Virus record (IMG/VR): IMGVR_UViG_3300012665_000512
Span: 1 to 24,314 of that record
Length of the DNA: 24,314 nt
Direction: 5' to 3' (one strand)
Source of the DNA: a virus
Lineage: Duplodnaviria > Caudoviricetes
The translations under genes and the position numbers were made by a program. Position 1 is the stretch's first letter, and every line of letters starts with the position of its first letter. Positions 1 to 10,300 of this stretch are shown one piece after another. The notes under the pieces are model-generated. The model was given only the letters and a program-made list of their open reading frames with translations. It was not told where the DNA came from and did no database searches.

Positions 1-2
1 GA

Positions 3-2237
3 GTAATTGATGTTAGATATGGAACTAAAGCAGAAAATGGAATTTTTGAACGTGTAATGGCGAATGATGGTGGTAACTTCTATTCAAAAACTTACGACGC
101 AAATACATCACATTTTAATTGGGCGTTGCCCGCCTCAAGTAGTACTACAAATTTATTTCAATCATCTACACTAAATTATACTCACAACTATAACTTAGCA
201 GGAGAAGGTGTTGATGTGGTTGTGCAGGACACAGGCATACGGCCAGACCATCCAGAATGGTTAAACCCAGAAGGAACACTTAGTCGACTACAACAAATTA
301 ACTGGCCTGTTGATAGTGGATTAACTGGGACATATACACAAGGTGCTGGGTACTACGCAGATGTACATGGTCACGGAACGCATTGTGCTAGCAGTGCCGC
401 AGGTAGACTATATGGTTGGGCTAAAAAGGCTAATATCTACAGTATGAAAATTTTAAACGAGCCAGATTCATTTCCATCAGGTGCAAGTTTTAACATCATA
501 CGTGCATGGCATAACAATAAAACTGTACAGAGCACTGGAGTAAAACGACCAACAGTTATAAGCATGAGTTGGACGTATTACGGGACATATCCTCTCAATT
601 TTATTGTTGGCGGGGTATACAGAGGCGTCCCATGGACAGGTAATGCACTTCGTGAAGACTACGGGATGGTGCAAACACCATATAATCGAACTACGCTGAA
701 TAATCAAACTAGATATGTATTCCCAACAAGAGTAGCAAGTGTTGAAGCAGATATGTTAGACTGTATTAACGCAGGAATTATCATGGTTGGTGCTGCCGGC
801 AACTACAGCCATAAAATGGATCAACCATCAGGTCAAGATTATGACAATCGAGTATCTCTATCCTTTGCTGATTATTATTACCATAGAGGAGGCACACCTA
901 GTAGTTGTGCAGGTGTAGTGAATGTAGGGGCTATTAGCTTATCCACATTAGACTCTAAAGAACCAAAAACAGATTTTAGTAATACGGGACCTAGAGTAGA
1001 TGTTTGGGCTTCAGGTGATTATATCACCAGTGCGTTACCTTCCACTGATTGCACTATTGCTACTTACGGATATCCAGTATTTCCTTATCCAGGAAATTCA
1101 GCATACGTATCAGGTAAAGTTAGTGGTACAAGTCAAGCGTGTCCGCAAGTCACTGGCGTTGTAGCATGTATGCTTGAGTCTAGGCCATATTATAAACAAG
1201 CAGATGTATTAAAATGGGTTAAGGACACTGGAACAAAATCTAGGTTATTTGATTCAGATGGAGGTTACACTGACTATAAAAGCCTACAAGGTTCAGTTAA
1301 TAACTTTTTATACAACCCTGCGTCTAGTAATACTGCATGGACTACTAGTGGCGTGGGTACTACACAAAGAATTAATGCTGAAGTTCCGTTTGCATTGTCT
1401 GATTATAATGATGTTCTTTATGGTAATGAAATGTTACAAAAGGCAGACATATATATTCCACCAGTAACTCCAAAAGGAGTAATTGTATTTGCACATCCAG
1501 GTGGTTGGACATTGGGGGACAAAACAGGAATTGGCGTTGCAGATCAATTAGATCTAGTTAGAGATGCTGGTTATATTATTGTAAATTGTAATTATAGATT
1601 AGCAAATTCTACGCATAACGGTTACGGTATGAATCTGATCAATGACATAGCAACAGTTATTGAGTATTTGACAACTGATAATACTGGAACAAGTTACAGC
1701 AGTATCTGGAGTATGTTACGTTACTGGGTTAATGCTAAAGGTTTAATAGTTGCTGGCGGCAGTGCTGGCGGGCATATAGCAGTTATGGCTGCTGGACTTA
1801 AATTAACCAAACCACAAATTAAAGCAGTGGTCAGTATGGCTGGCCCAATGGATCTAGAATACGGGGTTAGATATACACTAAACGCAGATCTTCAAGGCTT
1901 TATTGATACATATACTCAAAATAGCCTAGCAGTGAGACAAGACTGTAGTCCATTATATAGATTTGCAAATTATACGGCCAGTGCTGGTAGAGAACCAAGT
2001 TTATATAATAATTTACAAAATTCTACAGCACAATTTTATTTTGTAACCAATACTAATGACACGTTAGTACCAACAGATATGGTACAGTCATTTGTTACTT
2101 ACTTAGGCAATCGGGCAACGTTACAGACTATAACTGATGACGATCCAAACAGCCCTCCTGGAGCAATTGACCATAATTATTACAACTACACGTACAGCCA
2201 ATTTTTAATCCAAATTGCAACACAGGTATTTGTTTAA
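3..2237 (+). CDS. Subtilisin-like S8 serine peptidase fused to a C-terminal alpha/beta hydrolase (HSL-like esterase); 5'-truncated by window edge
   Basis: The frame is open from base 3 (VIDVRYGTKAENGIFERV-M), so the ATG at 57 is probably internal. S8 motifs: VVVQDTGI (Asp, 228), HGHGTHCAS (His, 366 onward), AAGN oxyanion, SGTSQACPQV (Ser, 1131). C-terminal domain: HPGGW (HGGG-like, 1494), NYRLA, GGSAGG nucleophile elbow (1755), with candidate Asp (NDTLVP) and His (IDHN). Confidence 0.85.
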   Translation, partial: VIDVRYGTKAENGIFERVMANDGGNFYSKTYDANTSHFNWALPASSSTTNLFQSSTLNYTHNYNLAGEGVDVVVQDTGIRPDHPEWLNPEGTLSRLQQINWPVDSGLTGTYTQGAGYYADVHGHGTHCASSAAGRLYGWAKKANIYSMKILNEPDSFPSGASFNIIRAWHNNKTVQSTGVKRPTVISMSWTYYGTYPLNFIVGGVYRGVPWTGNALREDYGMVQTPYNRTTLNNQTRYVFPTRVASVEADMLDCINAGIIMVGAAGNYSHKMDQPSGQDYDNRVSLSFADYYYHRGGTPSSCAGVVNVGAISLSTLDSKEPKTDFSNTGPRVDVWASGDYITSALPSTDCTIATYGYPVFPYPGNSAYVSGKVSGTSQACPQVTGVVACMLESRPYYKQADVLKWVKDTGTKSRLFDSDGGYTDYKSLQGSVNNFLYNPASSNTAWTTSGVGTTQRINAEVPFALSDYNDVLYGNEMLQKADIYIPPVTPKGVIVFAHPGGWTLGDKTGIGVADQLDLVRDAGYIIVNCNYRLANSTHNGYGMNLINDIATVIEYLTTDNTGTSYSSIWSMLRYWVNAKGLIVAGGSAGGHIAVMAAGLKLTKPQIKAVVSMAGPMDLEYGVRYTLNADLQGFIDTYTQNSLAVRQDCSPLYRFANYTASAGREPSLYNNLQNSTAQFYFVTNTNDTLVPTDMVQSFVTYLGNRATLQTITDDDPNSPPGAIDHNYYNYTYSQFLIQIATQVFV

Positions 2238-2671
2238 ATTATATCTATAATATCAAAAACAGTTTGAAGTTTTGTACGGATAGTTTTGTTAGCAAAACTT
2301 GTACGTAAGCCTTGATGTAATGGCTTTGGGGTAGCATCTAATGTGGTCCAAGCCCATCCAGTGTGCTCGTGATTAAGTTTAGGAATAAACTCATTTTCAA
2401 TTATCAGCAAGTATGTATGATAAAAGAATCTATCATCTTTGCTAACAAATAATTCAAGTGGAATAGTTTTCTTAACAACAGGGATGTCGCCTATTTCTTC
2501 TGCAACTTCTCTTTTTAGTGCTTCATATACATTGGCATCTGACTTTTCTTTACGTCCGCCAACAATCCCCCAAGTGCCTGCTGTTCGGCCTTGGTCACGT
2601 AATAAAAATAAAAATCTTTTAGTTGATGTAGCATAAAATAAAGCACCGCTACACACTACATTGTCTGTCAT
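2234..2671 (-). CDS. Nudix hydrolase
   Basis: Nudix box-like WGIVGGRKEKSDANVYEALKREVAEEIG and downstream LNHEHTGWAW...PLH. Start placed at 2671 because that ATG forms an ATGA overlap with the upstream stop (2668-2670); the ORF track start is 2686. Confidence 0.85.
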   Translation of the reverse strand: MTDNVVCSGALFYATSTKRFLFLLRDQGRTAGTWGIVGGRKEKSDANVYEALKREVAEEIGDIPVVKKTIPLELFVSKDDRFFYHTYLLIIENEFIPKLNHEHTGWAWTTLDATPKPLHQGLRTSFANKTIRTKLQTVFDIIDII

Positions 2672-4083
2672 AGAACTATTCGCCAATTTCCTGCAGGATA
2701 AGTGCCTTCCATACTCTTAGTCCAGGTTACCCCGTCCCACTTATATTGCACCCCTGTGTACAAATTAGTTATATAGGTCAATGTACTTGTTGCTTGACTA
2801 TTGAAAATAACGTGCCATTCGCTGCCATCCCAAACAATTATGTCGTTTGCGTGTGCAACAAAACTACCCCACATTTTGACACCAGGCAAAATTACTCCTG
2901 CTTCATATGTGTTATCTTGTTCTGAATCGTATGTTCTATTTGCTGGGTTGATATCTTCTAAAATTAAAAATCTCATACCACTAATTAATTCAGATGTTAG
3001 CGGCTTAGTTGGATCAATAATTGCGTTAATATATCCTTTACCTTGAATAATTGTATTTGCTGGTAATGTTTGCTCGTTAAATGTCAAATGCATAAGACGT
3101 TCGTCAGCAGTGTCCAAACGTAAACGTGCTTCAGCAGTGGTGCCATCAGGTTTAGTGAATGCTAATTTACTCAGTCCAGCAGTAAATTTTCCTGGGTATT
3201 TTTCTAATACCATGCGCCAATTAATATCTAAACCTAACTTAGTGCTTTTATTTGCAAATGATGTATTAATACCTTCAACATGATTTAGAAGCTGTGCAAC
3301 ATAGTCTGGAGCACCTGGATCTAAACTGTTGTTAGTCACTAATACTCCATAACCATCAATGGTCACTGCTTGTCTACTAATCATAGAACCAGCAAGTATA
3401 TCGTTAGAATAGTTACCATCCTCATCAAACACACGGGCAATGATACTGGTAATGACTCCCATCTTTTTAACTTTAACAGGAGGACTTAACCATATTGGAG
3501 TCATAAATGTTAAGCTGGCAATTTCCATTTCTTGGTCGCCAGTTGGAATAACTTGATTAGTATATTCAATATTTGTTAGTTCTACAGTTGATAAACTGGT
3601 CCAGTCAATGTAGTTGCTAGTAGTTTGTAAATCAATTGCAGGATTAAACAACACAATCAGTTGTTCAAGTATTTGCAATTTTTGATCAATGTTAGTTGTC
3701 CAAATATCAGCTTTAAGAGTTAACTGATATGGATTTGGCATCAAGCGTTCAACTGTTACGTCTGTGCCTTTAGTAGCAGTGAATTGATTAGTAACTGAAT
3801 CGTAGTCACGTTCACGTATCTGTAACTTACTTACAAACGTTGGGTCCTGCATACGAGCACGACTTAATTCTAAACTTTGTACATACACAGCAATAAACGG
3901 AGCCTGTGCTAAAAAGTTTTCACTGTTTTGTCTTAATATACTTGCTACCTGTTTGTTTGTATTACCAAAACGAACAGGAACTTCATGCAAATTACCTGCA
4001 CCATCAGCATAGCTTACACCGCTTATTGCACGAATAAACTGTGTAATATATCTTCTTATTTGACCATCATAGTAATGTTGCAT
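2668..4083 (-). CDS. Tail terminator / sheath stabilizer (T4 gp15-like) with long C-terminal extension
   Basis: N-terminus YYDGQIRRYITQF...EVPVRFG and PNPYQLTLKADIWT...QILEQLIVLFNP resemble gp15-family proteins. It lies directly downstream of a gp14-like gene. The C-terminus has WDG-type beta motifs. Confidence 0.7.
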   Translation of the reverse strand: MQHYYDGQIRRYITQFIRAISGVSYADGAGNLHEVPVRFGNTNKQVASILRQNSENFLAQAPFIAVYVQSLELSRARMQDPTFVSKLQIRERDYDSVTNQFTATKGTDVTVERLMPNPYQLTLKADIWTTNIDQKLQILEQLIVLFNPAIDLQTTSNYIDWTSLSTVELTNIEYTNQVIPTGDQEMEIASLTFMTPIWLSPPVKVKKMGVITSIIARVFDEDGNYSNDILAGSMISRQAVTIDGYGVLVTNNSLDPGAPDYVAQLLNHVEGINTSFANKSTKLGLDINWRMVLEKYPGKFTAGLSKLAFTKPDGTTAEARLRLDTADERLMHLTFNEQTLPANTIIQGKGYINAIIDPTKPLTSELISGMRFLILEDINPANRTYDSEQDNTYEAGVILPGVKMWGSFVAHANDIIVWDGSEWHVIFNSQATSTLTYITNLYTGVQYKWDGVTWTKSMEGTYPAGNWRIVL

Positions 4084-5387
4084 TATATATTATCCGGGGT
4101 TGGTTTTAATTGTTTACCAAAGTCTTTTGCTTTGCTCAGTGTTTGACGCTCATCCATTTCTTTAGTTCCAATAACTGTTTTATTAGTGTTATTAATGAAA
4201 CTTAACTTCTGTGTCAATCTACTGTTGTTGTTTGTCATTGTCATACGCAGTTTGTCAATAAATTTGACCCACTTGCGTCCATCATATCTAAACAGTCTAT
4301 TAGGAGCAAAGTCTGTACGCAAAAAGAAGTTGCCCTGTGTTGCTGTATCTGGGAATTGTGCGCCCATGCCATTTAATCTATATCCGTTAGGCGGCTTAAT
4401 ATCTCCACCAATGTAGCTTAGGTAATAGTTTTGTCTTGGACTCTTTAGTGTAAGGCTAGTGTCAATAACTGGGACACCGTATAATGCTAAACGTTCTGGT
4501 GTTGGATTCGTAATTTCTTGACCATTATCATCTGTATAAACACCATTTACTTTTACATAAAAATCTGAAGCGTCCCACAATGTCATTCCATCCATTGTAT
4601 CGTCAGCAATCATTATCTTACCATTTTCATCAACTGGTATCATCCACAAGTGGTCAGTGTCATAACCACTCATTGGAGCATCTTCTTCTGCTTGTGCAAT
4701 AATAGCATTATTAATGTCAGTCATGCTGTTAAAGCTGTTCATCAAATCTGCAAGTGATCCTGGATCGTCTTGTACATATGGGCTCATTGGATCAGCCGCA
4801 GTCTTGTTAACGATGTCTGTATATTCTTGACTATTGACTAGTGGCTTACATTTGACCTTAATCAAATGTGGATACCAAGTGGAACTAAATCCTTCTGTTG
4901 GACGCAGTACGTCTTCAATAACGTAAAATCTACGCATAGCAACCGTTGCGTCATTGAGTGCATATGGATCTTTTAAATGCGGAAGCTCAAGCACATCGCC
5001 ACTCATAAGTTTACGACCAATTTGTTTAACTGAATCGTTTAAATGGAAATGTACAAAAATCGTATCGTTAGCTAAGAATAAACCAAATTGACTTAGACTC
5101 CAGTCTAGTTGTTGCATATTATAAATGCAACGCATTACATATACGTCATCGCTATAATGTCTATCTCTATTTTCTAACAGTAATAAATCCTGTATTCCTA
5201 ATTCACCAATTGCACCATCTAGTACGGGCTGGTCAGGAGTAGCATCTGCGGCATCGGGGCTTTTTGGACCCAAATATTTGTGGATGTAGACATCAGTTCC
5301 GCCAACCATAAACTGTTCGAGAATGGTACGGTCAAAGAACTTATAATCGTGGGCTTTTTCGGGTCTGTAAAGGCTTAGTCTTGGCAT
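4083..5387 (-). CDS. Neck / head-closure protein (T4 gp14-like) with C-terminal extension
   Basis: GGTDVYIHKY, DLLLLENRDRHY, LSQFGLFL..DTIFVHF and GDVLELPHL resemble the gp14 pattern (LSKFG...GDLIYFP). It sits between gp13-like and gp15-like genes. Confidence 0.65.
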   Translation of the reverse strand: MPRLSLYRPEKAHDYKFFDRTILEQFMVGGTDVYIHKYLGPKSPDAADATPDQPVLDGAIGELGIQDLLLLENRDRHYSDDVYVMRCIYNMQQLDWSLSQFGLFLANDTIFVHFHLNDSVKQIGRKLMSGDVLELPHLKDPYALNDATVAMRRFYVIEDVLRPTEGFSSTWYPHLIKVKCKPLVNSQEYTDIVNKTAADPMSPYVQDDPGSLADLMNSFNSMTDINNAIIAQAEEDAPMSGYDTDHLWMIPVDENGKIMIADDTMDGMTLWDASDFYVKVNGVYTDDNGQEITNPTPERLALYGVPVIDTSLTLKSPRQNYYLSYIGGDIKPPNGYRLNGMGAQFPDTATQGNFFLRTDFAPNRLFRYDGRKWVKFIDKLRMTMTNNNSRLTQKLSFINNTNKTVIGTKEMDERQTLSKAKDFGKQLKPTPDNI

Positions 5388-5428
5388 AGTCTACTATTTA
5401 TTGATATTCTAAATAGGTAAATATGTGT

Positions 5429-6199
5429 ATGAGTGAACTAATCGATACTTTAAAAGAAGAAAAAGAACACGTATTTGAATACGTGAAAGCGTTCTTGGGT
5501 GACGGAATGATTGATATCGAGCTAGACCCAAAGCATTTTGAAATTGCTTTGGAAAAGGCTTTAGCATTCTATCGACAGAGAGCCGCAAACAGCGTAGAAG
5601 ATAGCTATGCGTTTTTAGATCTAGTAATGGATCAAAACGAATATATCATGCCTAAAGAAGTGCAGGACATACGTGAAATATTTAGACGCAGTATTGGTTC
5701 ACGTACAGGCGGCGGAGATGGCGGAACATTATTTGAGCCGTTCAACTTAGCATACACAAATACATACTTGTTGTCTAGTTCAAGTATGGGCGGACTAGCA
5801 ACATATTATCTGTTTGCTGGATACCAAAAATTAGTGGGCAAAATGTTTGGTAGCTTTATCAACTTTGTCTACAACCCAACTAGCCGTAAATTAGTTCTAC
5901 AACAACGTCCACAAAGTAATGAGCGTGTATTACTGCGCTTGTCCAATAATCGTCCAGACTTTTCCATACTGCAAGATACATACGCTGGCATATGGATTAA
6001 AGAATATACGTTAGCCAACTGTAAAATTATGATTGGTGAAGCACGTGAAAAGTTTGGAACTATTGCTAGCCCAACTGGCGGAACAACGCTTAACGGTACT
6101 GCTATGAAAGCAGAAGGTAAAGAAAAAGCCAAAGAACTTGAAGACGATTTGAAATATGATCGTTCAGGACAAAGTGGTTATACCTGGATCGTTGGCTAA
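5429..6199 (+). CDS. Neck / head-tail adaptor protein (T4 gp13-like)
   Basis: YVKAFLGDGMIDIELDPKH, WIKEYTLANCKIMIGEAREKF and PTGGTTLNG match the gp13 pattern (LG.P.I.VE; WVKDYATA..K; LPGGVTLNG). Start is 5429 or 5423. Confidence 0.8.
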   Translation: MSELIDTLKEEKEHVFEYVKAFLGDGMIDIELDPKHFEIALEKALAFYRQRAANSVEDSYAFLDLVMDQNEYIMPKEVQDIREIFRRSIGSRTGGGDGGTLFEPFNLAYTNTYLLSSSSMGGLATYYLFAGYQKLVGKMFGSFINFVYNPTSRKLVLQQRPQSNERVLLRLSNNRPDFSILQDTYAGIWIKEYTLANCKIMIGEAREKFGTIASPTGGTTLNGTAMKAEGKEKAKELEDDLKYDRSGQSGYTWIVG

Positions 6200-6208
6200 T
6201 CAAAAGAC

Positions 6209-6237
6209 TTGACTCTGTAACAAAAATAACATAAAAT
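6209..6237 (+). promoter_or_regulatory. Sigma70-type (early/middle) promoter for dNMP kinase
   Basis: TTGACT (6209-6214), 17-nt spacer, TAAAAT (6232-6237), ending 22 nt before the ATG at 6260, which has a GGGGA SD-like sequence. Confidence 0.7.
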
Positions 6238-6259
6238 ATAGTATACCTTGGGGGATACT

Positions 6260-6922
6260 ATGATTATAGGGTTTGTAGGTTTCATTGGCTCCGGCAAAGA
6301 TACTGCCGCAGACTATCTAGTTAATTTTCACGAATTTAGACGCGACTCGTTCGCAAACACATTAAAAGATGCGGTGTCAGCTGTTTTTGGTTGGGACCGC
6401 ATTATGCTGGAAGGGCGTACAAAAGAAGCCCGCGAATGGCGAGAACAAGTAGACCCGTGGTGGGCAGAACGTCTGGGTAAGCCTAATCTTACTCCACGTT
6501 GGATCTTACAGTATTGGGGTACTGAAGTTTGTCGTGCTGGTTTTCACGATGATATTTGGATTGCATCATTAGAAAACAAGATGCGTAAAACAGGCGATAA
6601 TATTGTTATCAGCGATGTACGTTTTCCTAACGAAATCAAAGCCATTCACAATGCGGGTGGAAAAGTTATTCGTGTAAAACGTGGTCCTGAGCCCGACTGG
6701 TATGATGCCGCAGTGAGCATGAACAAAGGCCAAGTGGGCAATATGACCTGGGCACTGAGCAAACATAAGATTGAAAATCTAGGAATACATGCTAGCGAAA
6801 CCGCTTGGGTTGGCGGTGATATTGATCTTGTGATAGAGAACAATGGCACTATTGATGAGCTTTACGAAGCTATCAGAAATCAGGTGTCAGATCACCCTGT
6901 TTCCACCCTAGTCCCTGCTTAA
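6260..6922 (+). CDS. Deoxynucleoside monophosphate kinase (T4 gp1-like)
   Basis: P-loop GFIGSGKDT at the N-terminus, SFANTLKD, TPRWILQYWGTE, ISDVRFPNE, HASE and IENNGT. The ATG at 6260 is preferred over the TTG at 6248. Confidence 0.9.
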   Translation: MIIGFVGFIGSGKDTAADYLVNFHEFRRDSFANTLKDAVSAVFGWDRIMLEGRTKEAREWREQVDPWWAERLGKPNLTPRWILQYWGTEVCRAGFHDDIWIASLENKMRKTGDNIVISDVRFPNEIKAIHNAGGKVIRVKRGPEPDWYDAAVSMNKGQVGNMTWALSKHKIENLGIHASETAWVGGDIDLVIENNGTIDELYEAIRNQVSDHPVSTLVPA

Positions 6923-7211
6923 CTAGAACTCTTTGACAGTTGGCGCACACAGTCTTTAGATTCGTGTGCGAACAATTGTTTAAATCCCCGTCAATGTGAT
7001 ATACGTCGAATACGACTGATTGGTTGCTGACTGATCCGCACTTATCACACTTGTTCTTTTTCTTATATCCTGCACGAGTCCATCTAGGAGCCTGCACAGT
7101 TGTACCGCGGGCACAACTATCACACATACTTCTATAATATGTACGTTCTTGCTTGTGGTAATTGACTGCGGCAAGATTCTTTTTACATTTTTTACATAAT
7201 GGACGTTTCAT
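6873..7211 (-). CDS. Small Cys-rich Zn-finger / HNH-like protein
   Basis: Four CxxC pairs (CKKC, CDSC, CDKC, CANC) and VYHIDGDLNNCSHTNLKTVCANC, an HNH-like core. It overlaps the kinase 3' end by 50 bp. Confidence 0.7.
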   Translation of the reverse strand: MKRPLCKKCKKNLAAVNYHKQERTYYRSMCDSCARGTTVQAPRWTRAGYKKKNKCDKCGSVSNQSVVFDVYHIDGDLNNCSHTNLKTVCANCQRVLVKQGLGWKQGDLTPDF

Positions 7212-7278
7212 ATTAATAATTAGCCCTTTTGGTGCCCTTTTCGTTGTGATATAACACGCAGATTATTGGAAATATCAC

Positions 7279-7309
7279 TAAATATTACTGAACAACGATC
7301 CCTAAGGAG
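7279..7309 (+). promoter_or_regulatory. T4-like late promoter core (TAAATA) and Shine-Dalgarno sequence for tail sheath
   Basis: TAAATA at 7279-7284, AAGGAG at 7304-7309, ATG at 7319. Confidence 0.6.
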
Positions 7310-7318
7310 ATTAACACT

Positions 7319-10300
7319 ATGGCACAACTAGGATCACCTGGCGTACAAGTAAACGTCATTGATGAAAGTTTTTATAATCCTGCCCAACCAGGCACGGTAC
7401 CCCTTATCCTTTTTGCAACTGCACAGGATAAAACTAATGCTTCAGGTACTGGAGTAGCGGCAGGTACATTGGCAGCAAATGCTGGCACTTTGTATTTGGT
7501 TACAAGTCAGAAAGATTTAACAGATCGTTTTGGAACACCTACATTCCAGAAAGATGCAAGCGGCAACGCAATTCAAGGTAGTGAGTTGAGTGAATATGGT
7601 TTATTCTCAGCATACAGCTTCTTAGGAGCAAGCAACAGTGCTTATGTTCTAAGAGCAAATGTTGATTTGGCTGGTATTCAAAGCAAAGCAACTGCCCCAG
7701 TAGGTAACCCAGATAATGGCACATATTGGTTAGACACTGCTAAGACACGTCTTGGCGTATTTGAGTGGAATGCTGATACGGAAACATTTTCTAGCCAAAC
7801 AGTTGCAGTATTAAACAATACAACTGATGTTGTTAACACAACAACATATCAACCTAAGTCAAGCATTGGTGTAGTTGGTTCATACGCAGTGGTAACTGCT
7901 AGCGAATCAAATGCATTATGGTACAAAAATTCCGATGCAAATTGGGTAGCAGTTGGTAGTGTACATACTGGAACAGCATATTCTAACGATACATTGTGGA
8001 AAGCAACAGACTGGGCATCAAGCTATCCAGTAGTAACATTGGCATTGATCAGTACTTACTCCGCAGGTAATCGTTCAATTAGAGTTGGTGTAGATGACAC
8101 TGATTTTGAAGTTATTGAATTAGATGGATTAAGCACAGCGTCAGCTATTGCGGCTAAGATTGCATTAGACTTAACAAGTGCAAGCCCAATTAGATGTAAA
8201 GTTATTGATAATCAAATTCAATTGTTTAATACAGAAGGCGGTACAGTTTATATTGCCAACGTAACAGCTAGTGTTTTAGAAACATATTTTGCTTCTGCGG
8301 CTGGTACATATTATGGTCCAGCAGTACAGTTTAGTTCACACACAAGAGTTCCAGAATGGAAAGCTAATGATACAAGTCCAGCATCAACTGGCAGTGTTTG
8401 GGTTAAAACAACTGAATATAACAGCGGCGCAAAATGGTACGTGTCTAAGTTTAATAGTGACACACAATTATTTGAAGCCAAGACAACACAAATTTTTCAA
8501 GGATTTGAATCAGCATTGTTGGGATTAGACCCAGTTGGTGGTGGTACAAATATTGCAGTTGGCACACTATTTGCCAATACAAATTTTGAATCTGACGGTC
8601 TTGTTAATTTCAAACTAATGGTACGTGCTTACTCTGGTGCAACAACTGTTACAAGTCTTGCACAAAGCACAAACGTAGCATTTGGCAGTGCAAATGATGG
8701 TACATTGAGAATTGGTGTTTCAAAACCAGGAACATCTGCAATGTTTACTGCTGATATTGTTCTTGCTGATACAGATACATTAGATACATTTGTAGCAAAA
8801 GTTAACAGTTCAGGACTTGCTAACTTATCAGCAACAGTGAATACTAGCAATCAAGTTACATTGACTCATGCAACTGGCGGTGAAATTTATATCACTAACG
8901 TTACTGGTACACCATTAACAACATTGAAGTTTGTTGACGGCAACTCACGTGATGTAAGATTATTTGATGCACCAACAGGCTCAGCTTATACATACCGCGC
9001 AAGCAACTGGGCTTCTTTAGCAGACTATACTGATTCAGGTTATTTGGCAAGTGCTGTACAACCAAACAGTGTTCCAGCAGATGGTACATTGTGGTACGCA
9101 GGCTATCAAGACCAAGTAGATATTATGATTCATGATGGTACAAGCTGGAAAGGTCTACAACAGATTTACGCAGGTGCTCGTGTAATTGTAAGTGCTAGCA
9201 CACCAAGCAAGACTAACCGTGTGGTTGGTGATTTGTGGGTTGATTCTAGTGACCAAGACGCATATGGTAAAAACATCAAGCGTTGGAACAATACAAGTAA
9301 AACTTGGGACTCAATTGACACAACTGATCATACTAGTTCTTATGGTATTATTTTTGCTGATGCACGTTGGGCAACAAGTGGCGATGCAACTGAAGCAAGT
9401 ACTATTGCAGAATTGGCAGTTAGTGACTTTGTAGATTTTGATGCTCCAGATCCAACAGCATATCCACGTGATATGTTATTGTGGAATACACGTAGAAGTG
9501 GTTTCAACATCAAACAATACAAGCGTAACTATATTGACAGCAATGGTATCAATACAAGATATGACGAACAGCCAATGGGCGGTAGAGCTAGTGTTGGACA
9601 AGAAGGTTATCTTCCTGCATATTTCTCAGACCGTTGGGTCAGCGTAAGCGGTCAAGATTTAAATCAAGTAGCATACTTTGGACGTAAAGCTCAACGTGCT
9701 TATGTTGTAGGACAACTAAAAGCAACATTGAACAGCAATCAACGTATTTTAGATGAAGATAACATCTTCTTTAACCTAGTTGCTTGCCCAGGATATCCAG
9801 AGCTAATTAGCGATATGGTTAACTTGAATAACTCACGTAATGGTACAGCACTAGTTGTTGGCGATACTCCGATGCGTTTAGATAGTTCAGCTAACAGCAT
9901 TGTTAATTATGGTACAGACTATTACAACAGTGGCATTGATGGCGAATTAGGATTGCACACAAACAGCGATCATTTAGCAGTTTACTACCCAAGTGGTTTA
10001 ACAACTGACCTAACTGGTAGCAACGTTGTTGTTCCTCCAAGCTACATGATGTTACGTACAATTGCAATTAGTGATCAACGTAGTTTCCAATGGTTTGCTC
10101 CAGCTGGTACACGCCGTGGTGGTGTAACAAACGCAAGTAGCGTAGGTTACTTAAAAGACGGTAGCTTTATTCCAGTTAGCTTGAACCAAGGTACTCGTGA
10201 CCAAATGGCAACAGTTAAAATTAACCCAATCACAAATATTCCAGGTGCAGGTTTAGTTGCATTTGGTCAATATACTAAGACTGGTGTTAACAGCAGTTTA

